Positions 48,923 through 62,157 are shown, counted from the whole stretch's first letter. The stretch: DNA of 63,392 nucleotides, filler included, from Craspedostauros australis (GCA_030167865.1; 13 parts of 13 records of this genome joined end to end with filler, not necessarily neighbours in it); one strand, 5' to 3'. Notes: generated by a model from the sequence alone, not told the origin. A program made the numbers and translations.

Positions 48923-49006
48923 GTATCAGCACAAAATCGAATAGTGCTAATTACGTTACTCCCGTAGCCCCCACTATCTATAAATTTCACTTGTGTTCGG
49001 ATCAGC
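48923..49006 (+). repeat. Second copy of the leader that precedes the tRNA-like sequence
   Basis: Near-identical to the reverse complement of 44928-45011. It runs into the gap just before the tRNA-like part would begin. Confidence 0.9.
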
Positions 49007-49106
49007 NNNNNNNNNNNNNNNNNNNNNNNNNNNNNNNNNNNNNNNNNNNNTTAATTAATTAANNNNNNNNNNNNNNNNNNNNNNNNNNNNNNNNNNNNNN
49101 NNNNNN

Positions 49107-49533
49107 GACTCCGATCGTTTCTGATTGTTTCTTCGCCGATCACTTCACCGGCTTCCTGGATGTTCCTCATACCAGGTTCGTTCACAGGCCATCTCATACT
49201 TCGTGATGTTGGCCTTCCTCCAGTACTCTTATCTCATTGGTTGCGACGTGGGGGCCGTAGTCGCTCGTATCGTGACGTTGGTCACGATTCCAACATCCCC
49301 GCCCCCTGCGACATACACGTGTGATTCGCATTCCTGCATTGGAGTCATGAACGTCAGGCATGGTTCGCATTCGGCACGTGGCGTTCTCCACCGCGGGTTA
49401 CGTGCAGCTCACATTTTTCTGTGTCACAATGATCAAACGTGGGAGTTGCGGTAATGTAGAATATCCCCACGTTCGGCTCCTTACTCTTGGGAGGTGCGGC
49501 AATATGGTGTTTCAGAACACCCGATTCCTGACA
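49107..49533 (+). mobile_element. 3' part of an LTR related to family B
   Basis: GGGAGGTGCGGCAAT...CCCGATTCCTGACA end, as at 13990 and 25341. Confidence 0.65.
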
Positions 49534-51174
49534 TGTATCCTTGTTTGTCGCCACCATGTCTTCTTGAAGTAAAGTGTCCGAACAGCGCGGAGCAGAACAG
49601 AACACGGATAGTCCCAACGAGAACCTCGCCTTCGCCCACTGGAACATGGAACAAAGCTGTTTGCAGGATTGGACATGTGAAGGTGAATGGAGCGTGCGAT
49701 CGAGGTCGTGCGTTACGGCTTCAAGCCAAAACCTGTGTCGTTGTGCTCTGATCGTGCGCTGCGCAATGTCTGGTGGGTGCGTCAGGCGACGACCTTCGGG
49801 AGGCGAACGAAAATGTTTCCCGAGGATTCAGCACACCTCCCAGCACGCATTGTGCAGAGTTTCCGGCTCCTTCCGACCTGCTCCACACTACTCGCTCGTA
49901 CGCTGCATCAATACGACCTCCTCTAGCCGTTAATGTTTGTATGGGTGGGATAGGGATGCTTTGTTGCGTCACGTCTCCATCTTGTGCCAGCCTCGGCGCC
50001 TTCGCGCTCTGGGCTCGTTCGACAGATTCTCTGACAGTTGGCCACACACCTGCAGTTCGTGTCAACTTTCTCTGCTAAAAGATGTGGTTGACATCTTCCC
50101 TATCCCTGCATTGCAGAAACGAACATTGAACACAAGTGAGCTGTAAAGGACATTATGACTCTGGATGAGGTGACGACTATTAAGCTCGCGCTGACGGACA
50201 ACTGGTTGTCTGGAAGATGATCGTGATACGATTGATTTAAGCGGGTGTAGCAGAATGGCATGTCTTTGCTTGTCTTTGACACCGTGGACATCGACTGTGA
50301 CAATGGCCTCACAAAATTGCACAGAGAGAGGAACATGGCGCAGAAAGATGCGACAAAGCGAAAAGCTGGCGGAGTGTCGCGCCACGCCAATCACGACCCC
50401 GACCTGGCTCGATGGTGGCGGTCACTGCGATGGTACGAGTGTGCCGCGCGACGTGCCAATCCTCTCTTCACGTGGGAGATCAACATCAATAAGAGCCCGA
50501 TCAGTGAGTCGACCAATCGTTTGAAATGAAGAGTCTAATCGGATTTCTGGGATTTTTAAACTAAGCACATATTCACAATCCTTGTAGTCTCTTTATGTAC
50601 ATGTCACCTTTTCAGTGCTTAGTAAAGCTTATTTTACGTTTTATGCACCGATCAATGTGTTCATTCTAGTCATGTGGATCCAACCACACAAAACCCGTTG
50701 GTGTTGGCAGAAGGTTCTATCATGTTCTCATGTATTTATCGTGAGGTGGTCAGTCACGGACTTGCTTCCGAAGGTCTCAGTCGTTTGGTACGCGTTAATT
50801 ACACGTTAGCACGTGCCACAGGATTCCACATTCTGCTCGTCACAAAGCACATGACACAAAACACATCACACAAAACACATCATCTCCATCATTTCGCAAA
50901 ATCGCACCACACGTTCGCTCCATTTCACAACTTTCCTCGCCAATGCCATGCACACTCGCCCTTTCGCTCAATGCCCGTTGTCGTCAGAGTAGTAGTAGCA
51001 GTAGTAGTAGCAGTNNNNNNNNNNNNNNNNNNNNNNNNNNNNNNNNNNGTTGTTGTTGTTGTCAACGAATGGTCGACCATTCATCGTTTTCTCTCCTTCC
51101 TCACTTCATCTCAACCAGTGCACACCATCACATCCAACTGGCAAACCACACTACTCTCCACCAACAACTCCACC

Positions 51175-52965
51175 ATGTTTCTCTCTGCTGCTGACAAGGC
51201 CCACCCCAAGGATGCCAACCCCTCCCCCAGTAAGAAGCCACGTTCTGCTCGCCCTGCATCTGCTCACCCTGTGCCTGCTCCTCCTGTCGATTCGAAGGGT
51301 TCCTGTTGCCAACCGCCGATCAACTGTTGCCTGACAAGCTGTCTGCTACGTTGATGAAGCCGAGCACCATCACACGAGTGATTGATGTGAAGCCGATGTC
51401 TGCAGCGGATGGCGGCCTCGTCCCGAACGGTACGCATGCGCACGATCGTGAGGTGCATGTGTTCGTCCACATCATAGACAGCAACGGAGGCGTCTTTGAC
51501 GACTCCCATGTCGAGGTGCGTTCGGAGGGACGAGGTGTTGGCGATGGAACAGTGGTGAGCGTTTTCGTGAACGCGCCACCCCCGCCTGCTGCACCTGACG
51601 TTGCACCACCTGTCGAGCCTACCCTGCCAGCTAGGCTTCCCCGCCAATGCAATACGATTGTTGCTGGCCGCTACGCAGACACCTCCAATGATAGCGACAG
51701 CACGTTCATTGACGAGGAGGAAAAGCAGACGCGCGCCGGCTGGGGCAGGAGGGGCGGCAAGTTTGAGTGTGACCCGACAGAGGAGGGCAGCTGGAGGCGT
51801 GATGCGATCGCTCGTGTGATGGCGGAGCTTGGATCTAACCTAGATTCAAAACTGCTGCAACTCATGCCAAAGAAAGGGTTCGTTCTCACAGGCAGACACG
51901 ATCAGACCATCTGGAGCTACATCAAACAGGTGTGGAGTGTCGCATCGTGTGCACTTTGGAGTGTCCTGCTTCCAGAAGAGGGCGTGCCAACTTGTCAGAT
52001 GGAACAGGTGGTTGCATACGTACGCGGCAATGTGGAACTTCCTCCAACGATGTTGGCATCCAATCTTTACACTGTGGGCTTGCTCGGAGAAACTACGTCA
52101 TCCCGCACAGTTAGAGCTGCTCTGGCCATGTCTGCGCCACATGCACTGTGTACTGCTATCCTGGGTAGGCATGCACAAGGATTGTCGGAGGAACAGAACG
52201 CCCGCATACTTCCCAAACGCGACATCATCACGCAAAGCCAGGCAAGCACCTTGCGTCGCTACTTCGACAAGTTGAGTCACGGCGAAATCGTACCTGCGCG
52301 AGTTCTTCAGTACCGTGTGGGTGCCTGCAATCTCTCTGGTGTGGTGTCCTTCCTCATGACCACGACTACGTACAAGGCAGGGTTGAGCCACACGGTAAAG
52401 TATGGTGGTGTCCAATTTGACAATGTCCCGGTGTTCGATCGTGGAAGCACCACCATCCGAGACTTATTCGGCATGTACTCGTCAACGACTAACAACCCAG
52501 TGGGAAGACCCGCCTTCACCACCATTACTAACCTACTCACACGCAAAAGCAAGATCAAGACAGGCCTCTCTTCCTTTGAGAATTACTTCTGGATGGCGAC
52601 GGAGAAACTGAAACAGGCAATTTCGCGCCTAGTAGAGCTACTCAAGGCTAAGTATGAAGCAGACGGGGAGGAGGAAAACGATGATGCTGTGGATGCCAAT
52701 GACGAAAGCTACCATGACAATGATGATCCCAGTGACGTCATTGCACAGCATGAACGCACAGCCGATTCCCTGTTGCATGCGCTTGGACTGATTGTCGTGT
52801 TCCTCAAATGGGAATTCACCGCCTCCCACATGCAGCTTCAGTGTGACGATCCAATGCACTCGGCCACGTTCGCTCTCACTCCCAACAAGGAGAAGAAGAA
52901 GGGAACAACCACATCAACCAATCAACGCAAACCACGCACCAACAAGCACAAGCGCAAGAAGAACA
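51175..52965 (+). CDS. Large unknown protein, 3'-truncated by the gap; possibly the N-terminal half of a Sola-type transposase
   Basis: More than 550 open codons from 51306, with a likely start at 51175 via a frameshift. Paralog at 62158-63392. Motifs VGRPAF...KTGLSS...FLKWEFTASH...MHSATFALTP. No catalytic residues are visible. Confidence 0.55.
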
Positions 52966-53065
52966 NNNNNNNNNNNNNNNNNNNNNNNNNNNNNNNNNNN
53001 NNNNNNNNNTTAATTAATTAANNNNNNNNNNNNNNNNNNNNNNNNNNNNNNNNNNNNNNNNNNNN

Positions 53066-53146
53066 AAGTGCGTATGAGAGAATAGCGGGTGAACGATGCA
53101 CATATACTCGTACATCTCGACATATACTCACATGTACATCTCGACA
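53066..53146 (-). mobile_element. LTR family A terminus abutting a minisatellite
   Basis: Ends TACATCTCGACA, matching the other family A ends. Confidence 0.88.
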
Positions 53147-53797
53147 ATGGTGCTCGTCGCTGCCGACAAGGCTGTGGTGTCAGCGAATGATGAGCATGTG
53201 GGTGAGGATGATGCTCGTCGTTGTTGCCAAGGCTGTGGCGTCTGCGAATGATGAGCATGTGGGTGAGGATGATGCTTGTCGCTGCCGACATGGCTGTGGC
53301 GTCTGCGAATGATGAGCATGTAGGTGAGGATGATGCTCGTCGTTGTCATTGTCAAGGCTGTGGCGTCTGCGAATGATGAGCATGTGGGTGAGGATGATGC
53401 TCGTCGTTGTCGTTGTCAAGGCTGTGGCGTCTGCGAATGATGAGCATGTGGGTGAGGATGATGCTCGTCGTTGTCGTTGCCAAGGCTGTGGCGTCTGCAA
53501 ATGATGAGCATGTGGGTGAGGATGATGCTCGTCGTTGTCATTGTCAAGGCTGTGGCGTCTGCGAATGATGAGCATGTGGGTGAGGATGATGCCTGTCACT
53601 GTCGTCGTCAAGATTGTGGTCTGCCGATGATGAGGGTGAGGGTGAGGGTGAGGATGATGCTCGTCGTTGTCGTTGTCAAGCTTGTGGCGTCAGCGAATGA
53701 TGAGGATGCAGGTGAAGACGATGCTCGTCGCTGTCGTCAAGGTTGTGGTGTCGGCGGATGATGAGCATGCGAGTGAGGATGCTCGTCGCTGTCGTTG
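53147..53797. repeat. ~58-64-bp minisatellite, ~10 copies, degenerating rightwards
   Basis: Unit GTCAAGGCTGTGGCGTCTGCGAATGATGAGCATGTGGGTGAGGATGATGCTCGTCGTTGTC.TT at 53351, 53415, 53479 and 53543. Confidence 0.92.
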
Positions 53798-55031
53798 TGA
53801 TTATTTGGTTGTTGGCGTCCTTTTCAGCATGCCGTCTTGCTGCTTGGATTTTGTGCTCTCGAGTTACTGTGTGGTTTTGTTTGGGCAGTTTCGATTCGCG
53901 TTGTCATCCTGATTAGTAAATCAGGTACGAAGTCTGTTCTCCCTTCCATTCGCCGGTTTTGGCTGTCATCGATCCGAGGAAATTCTATCGCTGCCAATTT
54001 CTCCTAGTAGCTGTGTGCGTAGCCTAGACAACTAGACGTACCGAAGGATGAAAAATTTCAGCTGATCACCGGAAAAGAACGATAAGTGCATTCATCCTGT
54101 GTCCCCAGGTGGATAGTTATGCAATAATCTTGATGACCATATTCCAGTGTGCAGTTTGTGGTGTTGTGATACAAGGTTGCATCACACACAAGAGGTGAAA
54201 ATGTGGCATGTTAGCCACAAGCCCACGTCTTCGGGCCGACCTCACAATATTCTGGCTGTTGTGGCATCATCCACCATGGCATCACCCACCAAATCGCGAA
54301 AAAAGTATGTGCATCTCCAGGATGAGATGCACAAAGTTAGGATTCGAGCGTAGGCGTCACGAATCGGTGGAGAATGCCTCGTGAATCTGCCGGCTTCGGG
54401 ATAGCCGTGTGGTGCAGTTCAAGAGAGGTGTACTGTTGAAGAGTTATAACTTGTAACGATAAGAAGTAGAGTGCTTTGTAGCTAATCCTTGTCTGTTATT
54501 ATGAGTTAGCTTATTGGTATTAGTAGGGTGAAGAAACGATGCCACACAACTTGGCGAGACCCTGCACTGATGCACTTGATTCAGTGCAACAGAGTAGACA
54601 GTCAATACANNNNNNNNNNNNNNNNNNNNNNNNNNNNNNNNNNNNNNNNNNNNNNNNNNNNNNNNNNNNNNNNNNNNNNNNNNNGGCTGTGGCTGAAGCT
54701 GACACTCGGATTCCATTGCTTGAGTTGAAGCAAGTTGGATACGCATGCTGAGACCACGGTGGTAGTGTGATGGTCTTCAGCAATGAAGGAATCGAGGTAT
54801 GTTTTAGTAAGGAGGATCTGAAGAGCATATAGTTCCCAGGTGGGGTGTGAGTCAGGTCGGTCAGGTTTGAGTCATGACGGATTCGTGAATGGAGGAGAGA
54901 AAGGAGGAGAAAAGATTTGGTGGTCAATCAAGTCGGAAGATTTCGCGCCAAAACAGGAATTTCTCCCATCGGGTTGATACCGTGTTCGGTAGTAGTCTGT
55001 CCCTCATTGAATCTCAACTCACAACAACATT

Positions 55032-56390
55032 ATGTTTGAGCTTCACCTTCATCAAACTGCTGATGCTCCTCGTCTGCCAAGAGGCAAGGGAATGGTGCAA
55101 CAAATTGCAACAAAGTTCAAAGTTGACAAGTCCACTGTGTACAACATCAAAAGACAGTCACAGAAGATTGTCCCAGGCTCTGCTATTCCTGTTGTGGACA
55201 CCACACAGAACAAGAGAAGCAACTGTGGTCGCAAACGTAAACACACTGTGGAAGAAATTCAGCAAAAAGTGCGTGTGTTGCCAGTTGAAGATGTTCAATC
55301 CATTCGCTCTGTTGCAGCGGCAATACAAATCAGCCCAACGTCGCTGATGAGAAGCGAAGCTTTGGAACGTACGAATGTGCGAAACTCGATACGGATGACC
55401 GAGGTACACGAACAGAATCGCCTTGATTTTTGCTTGGACCACCTTTGCGATGATGGGAAATACTCAGGCATGGATAACGTGGTCCATGTGGACGAGAAAT
55501 GGTTCATGACTAACAAAATTGTCAGGACAGTGTGGCAAGCAAAAGGTGACAAGCCTCGAATCGTGTTTGGTGCGACCTCTCCAAACGCATCTCTAAAACT
55601 CATGTATCTTGTGGCGGTTGCCAAACCACAGTATGACGATGAAGGCAACATGGTGTTTGATGGCAAGCTGGGTTGTTGGCCAATTGGGGACGTTGTGCTC
55701 GCGAAACGCAATTCATGCAACAGGGACAAAGGCACTCCTGAATGGAAAAAGAAGAACATCACCCGCGAGGTGTACACAGACATGATATTCACTAAAGTCA
55801 TTCCTGCCATTCTCCGAAAGTTCCCCAACGGAAACTCTCCCGTACGCATTCAACAAGATGGAGCAAAACCGCACCTTTTAGTACCTGACTTCGAAACAAA
55901 ATGGAACAACGAGAAGCACGAATTGATTGCCAAAAATGTCAGTGGTAGTCATTGGGACCACCGTGAAATTGAGCTGTACACGCAACCAGCCAAAAGCCCT
56001 GATCTGAACGTGCTTGATCTTGGCCTGTTCAACTCGATGCAGAGCAGGCAACTGAAGACGAACGCATCTGGCCTCACCGACCTCAACAATCGGATGATGC
56101 AAATGTTCGCCGAGTATCCACCTGAAAATCTCTGCAAAGTGTTCCTCACGTTGCAAAAAGTGATGGACGAGATCATCGTGCACAAAGGGAGCAATGACTA
56201 CAACCTGCCTCACCTGCGAAAAAACAAGCTCATGAATGATGGACCACTGCCACACCGTGTGGAGGCGTCACCACAAGCAAAGAGAGCGAAAAAGGAAAGG
56301 GACGAAAAACGAGCACAAGCAGCAGCAGTGGAGGCAGCACAAGCAGCAGCAGAAGTAGCATCACAAGCATCACAAATTGCAGAGGTGTAA
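55032..56390 (+). mobile_element. Tc1/mariner transposase of the plant/stramenopile mariner type; intact 452-aa ORF
   Basis: HTH IATKFKVDKSTV, CGRKRK, catalytic VHVDEKWF, IQQDGAKPH, QPAKSPDLNVLDLG, and GSNDYNLPH. TIRs were not found. Confidence 0.93.
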
Positions 56391-56952
56391 AAGAAAGAAA
56401 TAGTGACACAGTAAAAGCAAACACTGTAGGGATGCTTGTTGTTGTTGTTGTTGCTGTTGTTGAAGCTGCTGTGTTCACAAGTACTGTTGTGTGGAATGAA
56501 GAGTGATGTGCAAAGCATCTGACCTGCACAGAATGCAAAACAGTGTCACGATAGCACTAGTTGTGGAGTTTTGTGGGTGGTGAGTCGTGATAAATAGACT
56601 AATCTAGAGCACAACCAAAACCATCCAGACGACTGCTCATCATGCTATATCTCATCAACACGTGGTTTAATATTAAAAAAAATAGTGAATTCGGACGCCT
56701 GTCTATCGGTTATTCTGAATATCGAAGTTGCATTTCTATGAACTTTATTTTTAGCATCGCTTTGGCTTGCTGACTGTCATGTGGTGGATGCCAAAAATTC
56801 TTGATTGTGCCCTGCTGCCGTTCGTTCAGCACCCACTATCATCATCATCATCNNNNNNNNNNNNNNNNNNNNNNNNNNNNNNNNNNNNNNNNNNNNTTAA
56901 TTAATTAANNNNNNNNNNNNNNNNNNNNNNNNNNNNNNNNNNNNNNNNNNNN

Positions 56953-57376
56953 GGAGACAGATCCAGAACCTTGAAGCGGATCTTCGGAATTCATGTCAGG
57001 GAACCAATGGGGTTCCGATAACCAAGTTTCTGACACTTACCATCGCCAAAACGCCGACGCACGGAACCAAAGCCACAACAACGAGCATCATCGCCCATTG
57101 TCTCTCACAGAACCCAGACGACGGATCTNNNNNNNNNNNNNNNNNNNNNNNNNNNNNNNNNNNNNNNNNNNNNNNNNNNNNNNNNNNNNNNNNNNNNNNN
57201 NNNNNNNNNNNNNNNNNNNNNNNNNNNNNNNNNNNNNNNNNNNNNNNNNNNNNNNNNNNNNNNNNNNNNNNNNNNNNNNNNNNNNNNNNNNNGTCCGGAT
57301 CGCTTGCCAGTCAAGCCTCTGCCTACAGCTAAAGAACAGCCAACAAGACAACAGCCATTACGTTTGGGCTCTATTA
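56953..57376 (+). mobile_element. LTR family C, second copy (3' part), inserted into a Copia integrase
   Basis: Reverse complement of ~38215-38637. Ends GGGCTCTATTA directly against integrase codons KYWLLV. Confidence 0.88.
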
Positions 57377-59710
57377 GACCAGAAGCCAGTATTTGCCTCG
57401 GCCGAAACTGTACGTCTGAACACTCGATGTGTCCATGAACAGTCGCTCTCCGACTTCCTTTGCTCTTGGCTGTAGAGTCTTCGTCAATCCTCTTTGTCGC
57501 GATTTGCCGATCGCGCAATCCACACAAGCGTTCAGCTTCCCTGTGACATTCCATCCGTATCGTCCCGCAGTGCGAGAGATGGTGTAAGTGTCAACATGGC
57601 CTAACATTTTATGGATTTTGTTGATGTCGATCGGTTTCTTCGTCGACACCCCGACGTTGGCTTGATCGTCGTGTGCAGGAGCGGCTATCATGTTCACGCC
57701 ACTCACAAATCCGCTGTGGGTCGCCATGATGCGATCGAAGCGAATGCGTTGTCCCTTCTTCTCCAAGGACATGATCACACCTCGGTTGCTGATATCGAAA
57801 CCGTTTTCGAGAGCCTTGTTGATGCTCAAGAGGTTGACCCATAACTCGGGCACGTACTTCACCGACTTGAGGAGGATGATTGCGGTATCGCCATTCTTCT
57901 GCATGACCTTCATCCGCTTGTCCCCCACCTTGGTTGCCCTGAGGTATCGACCGCTGCCTACCTTGATGGAATGATTCGCTGTGCGCACGTTGATCATGCC
58001 CTCGTCGTTGTTCGTGAGGTGACAGGAGGCGCCGGAATCTCCTAACCAGGTGTTGGCCTCGTGGCGGTCGGGTGCGATGGTCGACTTGCGCGTATCGACG
58101 TCGTCCAAGTCACCGATCACCATTGCCATTTCGTGGCCGTTGGCATCGCTGTACAGTGTTAACTCGCAGTGGGTGCGATAATCACGGACGCTGTTGATGC
58201 TTGGATGGTGCATCCACATCAGCTGCTCCGATGCGGTGCTGCTCATGGCTCCGATGAGCGCCTGTTGGATTGGCTGGAGGCGAACGCTCTCTAGCATTCC
58301 GTTCATCCGGTATGCATTAACACAGATGTCGAGTGCGCCTCGCACTCCGATTTGGTGCATCAAGTAGTACAGGGAGCGTGGCTCCACCCCCGTCAGTCTG
58401 AGGGTTGCAATGTCATGCACCGCGTCGATGCAGATGAGGGAGAGTTCGGACCGGACGTCGTTTGGTGAAAGGACGTTGCTCAGCGAGCATCGGGCGGTCA
58501 CGAACAACATTCCGCTCGTCTCTTCTAGCACCTCTCTGCGTACCATCCTTTCGCCTTCGTTTCTGGGCACGGCACCTCTTGGCTCGTTGGCGAGCTGGAT
58601 AAAGAAGGGAATGTTCGGGCAGTCCACGCACCATGCGTACAGAGGCCCGCGCTTGAGGCACAACGGACACCATCCGTTGTTCATGTCACGACGCGCTGAT
58701 TCTTCGATCATATCGTCGAGTGCGCTTGGACGGGATGAGAGAGTATAGACCGGTTCGTTGATGGCGCGGTCGATATTATCGTTGTCGACTTCTGTCATTG
58801 CCATCTCCGTTACGTCTGCGTCCTCCTCATCTGTCGTTCCCTCGTGGTACTCTGTGACCACATCGTCGGGGTCCTCGGCTTCTGCGTCGGATGAAAAGAG
58901 TTCGTCTTTGATCATCTCCTCGTCGTTGATAGGGGGCCCGTAGTAACCGTACTCTCGTGGAGAGTGCTTGGCCATATCCTCGGAAGTCCACGCTCTCTCT
59001 GCGTTGGATGTTCCGCTCTCGAAGCTGGCGGCTCCGTCGACGTCGATCGTGACGAACGCCATGTCGTCCATCATCACGTCGTCATCGTGTGTAAACACAC
59101 AATCTTGTGTGGTCACATTTCTGTCTTGGTTCGCGAATTCGGTGATTTTGTTGAGTTTTTCGCTGATCACACTTTCTTCTTCGGTCGCGCCTTCGTTGAT
59201 GAACACACACATCATTTCGTCTGATGCGGTGAGTGCGACGTCGTCAACTCCATCCATCCCGTCGGTAGCGACGTTGGCGGAGTCTGCCTCCTTCATGGCG
59301 GCCCTGAGCTTGAAGCACTGCACAATCTTGTGCCCCTTCTTGCCACAGTAGTTGCATTCCCCGTTGAATTTGGGTTTGCCTCCGCCGTTGCCTTGACCCT
59401 TCGACTTGTTCTTGCCGTTGCCCTTCTTGGCTGCGGAGCGACAGTCCGCCTTCTTGTGGCCGTAGGCGCCACAGTTGCGACAGTTGCCCTTGAAGCTCCC
59501 AATGGCTGCGAGTGCCATCTCCTCCTTACTGTTGTTGCCGCCGCGGTTGGAGTTGCCTCCTTTGATGTTGCGGCCGTCGTAGGTGGCGCTCATGGTCTCG
59601 CGGATGTCTTCGATGGTCATGGTCTTTTCCTTTCCGAGGAATCTGAGTTCTATGATCTTCACATCCATTTCGTACTCTTTGCCAAGGGCGTTGAGCACGA
59701 GCATGTGGTA
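57377..59710 (-). mobile_element. Ty1/Copia gag-protease-integrase start with an extra domain between gag and protease
   Basis: Two CCHC knuckles (CRNCGAYGHKKADC, CNYCGKKGHKIVQC), protease WLGDSGASCH, IHKMLGH...CVDC and GERLFMDTS. Confidence 0.93.
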
Positions 59711-59810
59711 NNNNNNNNNNNNNNNNNNNNNNNNNNNNNNNNNNNNNNNNNNNNTTAATTAATTAANNNNNNNNNNNNNNNNNNNNNNNNNNNNNNNNNN
59801 NNNNNNNNNN

Positions 59811-60798
59811 GCACCTGCAAGACGGTGGAAGTTGGTACAACTCTCCGTGGATGGCGCTCCATCTGCACGCGGACGTCAAGGACGCGCGCAGGGCGTCGAA
59901 ACTCCTTGGAAAAATCTTCAACACCAAAGATGGCGATCGCAAAGGACTCAACTACAGATACGTGCCCAAACCTGGCACATCAGTCATGGGAGCGAAGACG
60001 GCGATGAAGGTGCAAGCCATGATTCGGAAACACCAGAACTACGTGCGTAGGCTGAAATACGAGCAACTCAAAGGAGATTTCGCGTTAGATACCAAGGATC
60101 CGGAAACGGGCACCATCACTCTGCGAGAATTCCTGTCACAACAAACCAGCGAAGGCAATCCGCTCATCCACGATGTCAGCACTACTCACATGGCGGACGG
60201 CAAGGAAGACGCGATTCACATTGTGGCCTTCGAGGAGCGGTTTGCACAGGCGGTCGGTCTGATTCACACCATTGGCATCAGATGTTCGACGGAAATCAAC
60301 GAGTCAACGAACAAATGGTTCTCGGAAGACATCGTAGCGATGAGCAGCACCATGAAGAAGGACGCCAGTGGAGACTATGTGGACGTGGAGACGGAAGAAG
60401 AAATGGACTTCTTATTGGACGAGGGGTTTGGAAATGTCGTCATCGAGGGTCTCAACCTCATGGAGAGCGACAACGCATCCCCCAAACGAAAGAAAGCCAG
60501 ATTGGAGGACGAGAGTTTCAAAACCTTTGGAACAGAGTACGGCAAGTCAGTAGCTTCATCACGATACACCATTCCGGAATCCCAAACAGAACAGGATGAC
60601 ATCGACGCAGAGATCGAAGAGGCCATGAAAATGGCAAGGGAAGCCCAAGAGCTGGCGGCCAGTCGAGTTCGAGTGCAAGAACAATCGAACAAGATCCTCA
60701 ACCAAGAGTCAATCATAGCGGCACTGCGCGCCCAATTGGAGGCGTCCACGGCCACGCCACCTGCCTCAAGCAAGGGTAGGGGCGAGGACCAAGACTAA
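59811..60798 (+). mobile_element. ORF1 (3' part) of a non-LTR retrotransposon
   Basis: Open frame ending in a coiled-coil-like segment ~140 bp upstream of an APE-type ORF2. Confidence 0.7.
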
Positions 60799-60937
60799 CG
60801 CGAGGCTGGGGGCAGGAGAAGCATCGCCAACCACCCCCGCAAGCCCAACGGATGCAAACCCGGAGGAAAGGAGTCAGGAAGGTCTGATCCTCCACGACCG
60901 GCACTGGGGCGACTCACCGCGAACAAAGGGTGGCACT

Positions 60938-61763
60938 ATGATACGAATAGCCGCTCTCAACGTGGGATGCCTTCATGCCGAGTCGAAACATTGGAAGAAT
61001 GACGATGTGTGGCAGTGGGTGAAGCAAATGAAGATCGACGTTGCCTTACTCACGGAGATCGGCATCAACTGGTCGAAACTGGGCAGGGTCGACTCATGGA
61101 AAACAAGAGCAAAGCGACACATGCACTCAGAACGACATGCGCTGGCATACAATGAGAAGGAGAAGCTGGGGAGCACGCGCCAATGGGGAGGGACAGCTTG
61201 CACAATCGTGGGGAACGTAACCGGGCGGTACAAAAGTCTGGAGAATGACCCACGCCGGCTAGGAAGGTGGTCAAGCATAGCAGTCAGAGGATGACAGGAC
61301 TCCACGGTTCGATTCGTGAGCGTGTACGTTCCTGTCAAAGGAGGACAAAGTGCAGGCACAGTGTACAACCAACAGGCATCGTGGCTGGAATCGCAAGGGA
61401 ATGATAGCTCGCCCATCGAACTCCTCATCCACGACCTGGAGGCGGCGCTTCAAGAATGGCGACAAGCAGGCGAAACCATAATAGTTGGCGGCGACGTCAA
61501 CATGCCGGTGATACAATCCCAGGTGGCGACTATGATGCAAAGACAGCACATGCAGGAGTCCATCCTCAGCCGACATCCAAACGCTCCAGGAGTGTCAACC
61601 AGCGTGCGTGCTCGATCTAATCGAGTCATCGACGGGCTGTGGGTGTCAGAGTCGGTGCAGGTGGTGAGATCAGGCTTCAGCGCCTTCGGTCCATGGGACC
61701 ACAGGACTGCATGGATTGAAGTCTCCCAAGAATCCATCTTTGGCACAACCAGCAAGCCCACCA
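60938..61763 (+). mobile_element. LINE ORF2 N-terminal AP-endonuclease domain with one in-frame stop (61292)
   Basis: IRIAALNVG, LLTEIGINW, WGGT, DPRRLGRWS, SVYVP, VGGDVN, IDGLW and DHRTAWIEV. Confidence 0.9.
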
Positions 61764-62157
61764 NNNNNNNNNNNNNNNNNNNNNNNNNNNNNNNNNNNNN
61801 NNNNNNNTTAATTAATTAANNNNNNNNNNNNNNNNNNNNNNNNNNNNNNNNNNNNNNNNNNNNAATCGCAGATGGTTCCACATACATTCTCCAATCACAA
61901 CCACGTATGCACCCATGAGCGACCGTTGAACTGTTGCTGCCGATCTCGACACAAACACATCCCTCATGCTGTTGTGAACAAATAGGCATGTGCTGCTTTG
62001 GCTTGTTGAGTGTTGTTGTCGCTGTCTGCTGCATTCTCCTATCTACAATGTTAGCACAACACTCAGTGCTCCCCAACATCGAGATCATTCAGAATCATCC
62101 GTGCCTTCCCCCACCTGCATCATCCATCAGCCACCAAGCCACCACCGCTATCGCATC

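Noticed and set aside
51306..56390. Fanzor/TnpB nuclease linked to the DNA transposons
   Set aside because: No RuvC-like motifs with a terminal CxxC...CxxC-DRD signature were seen in any ORF.
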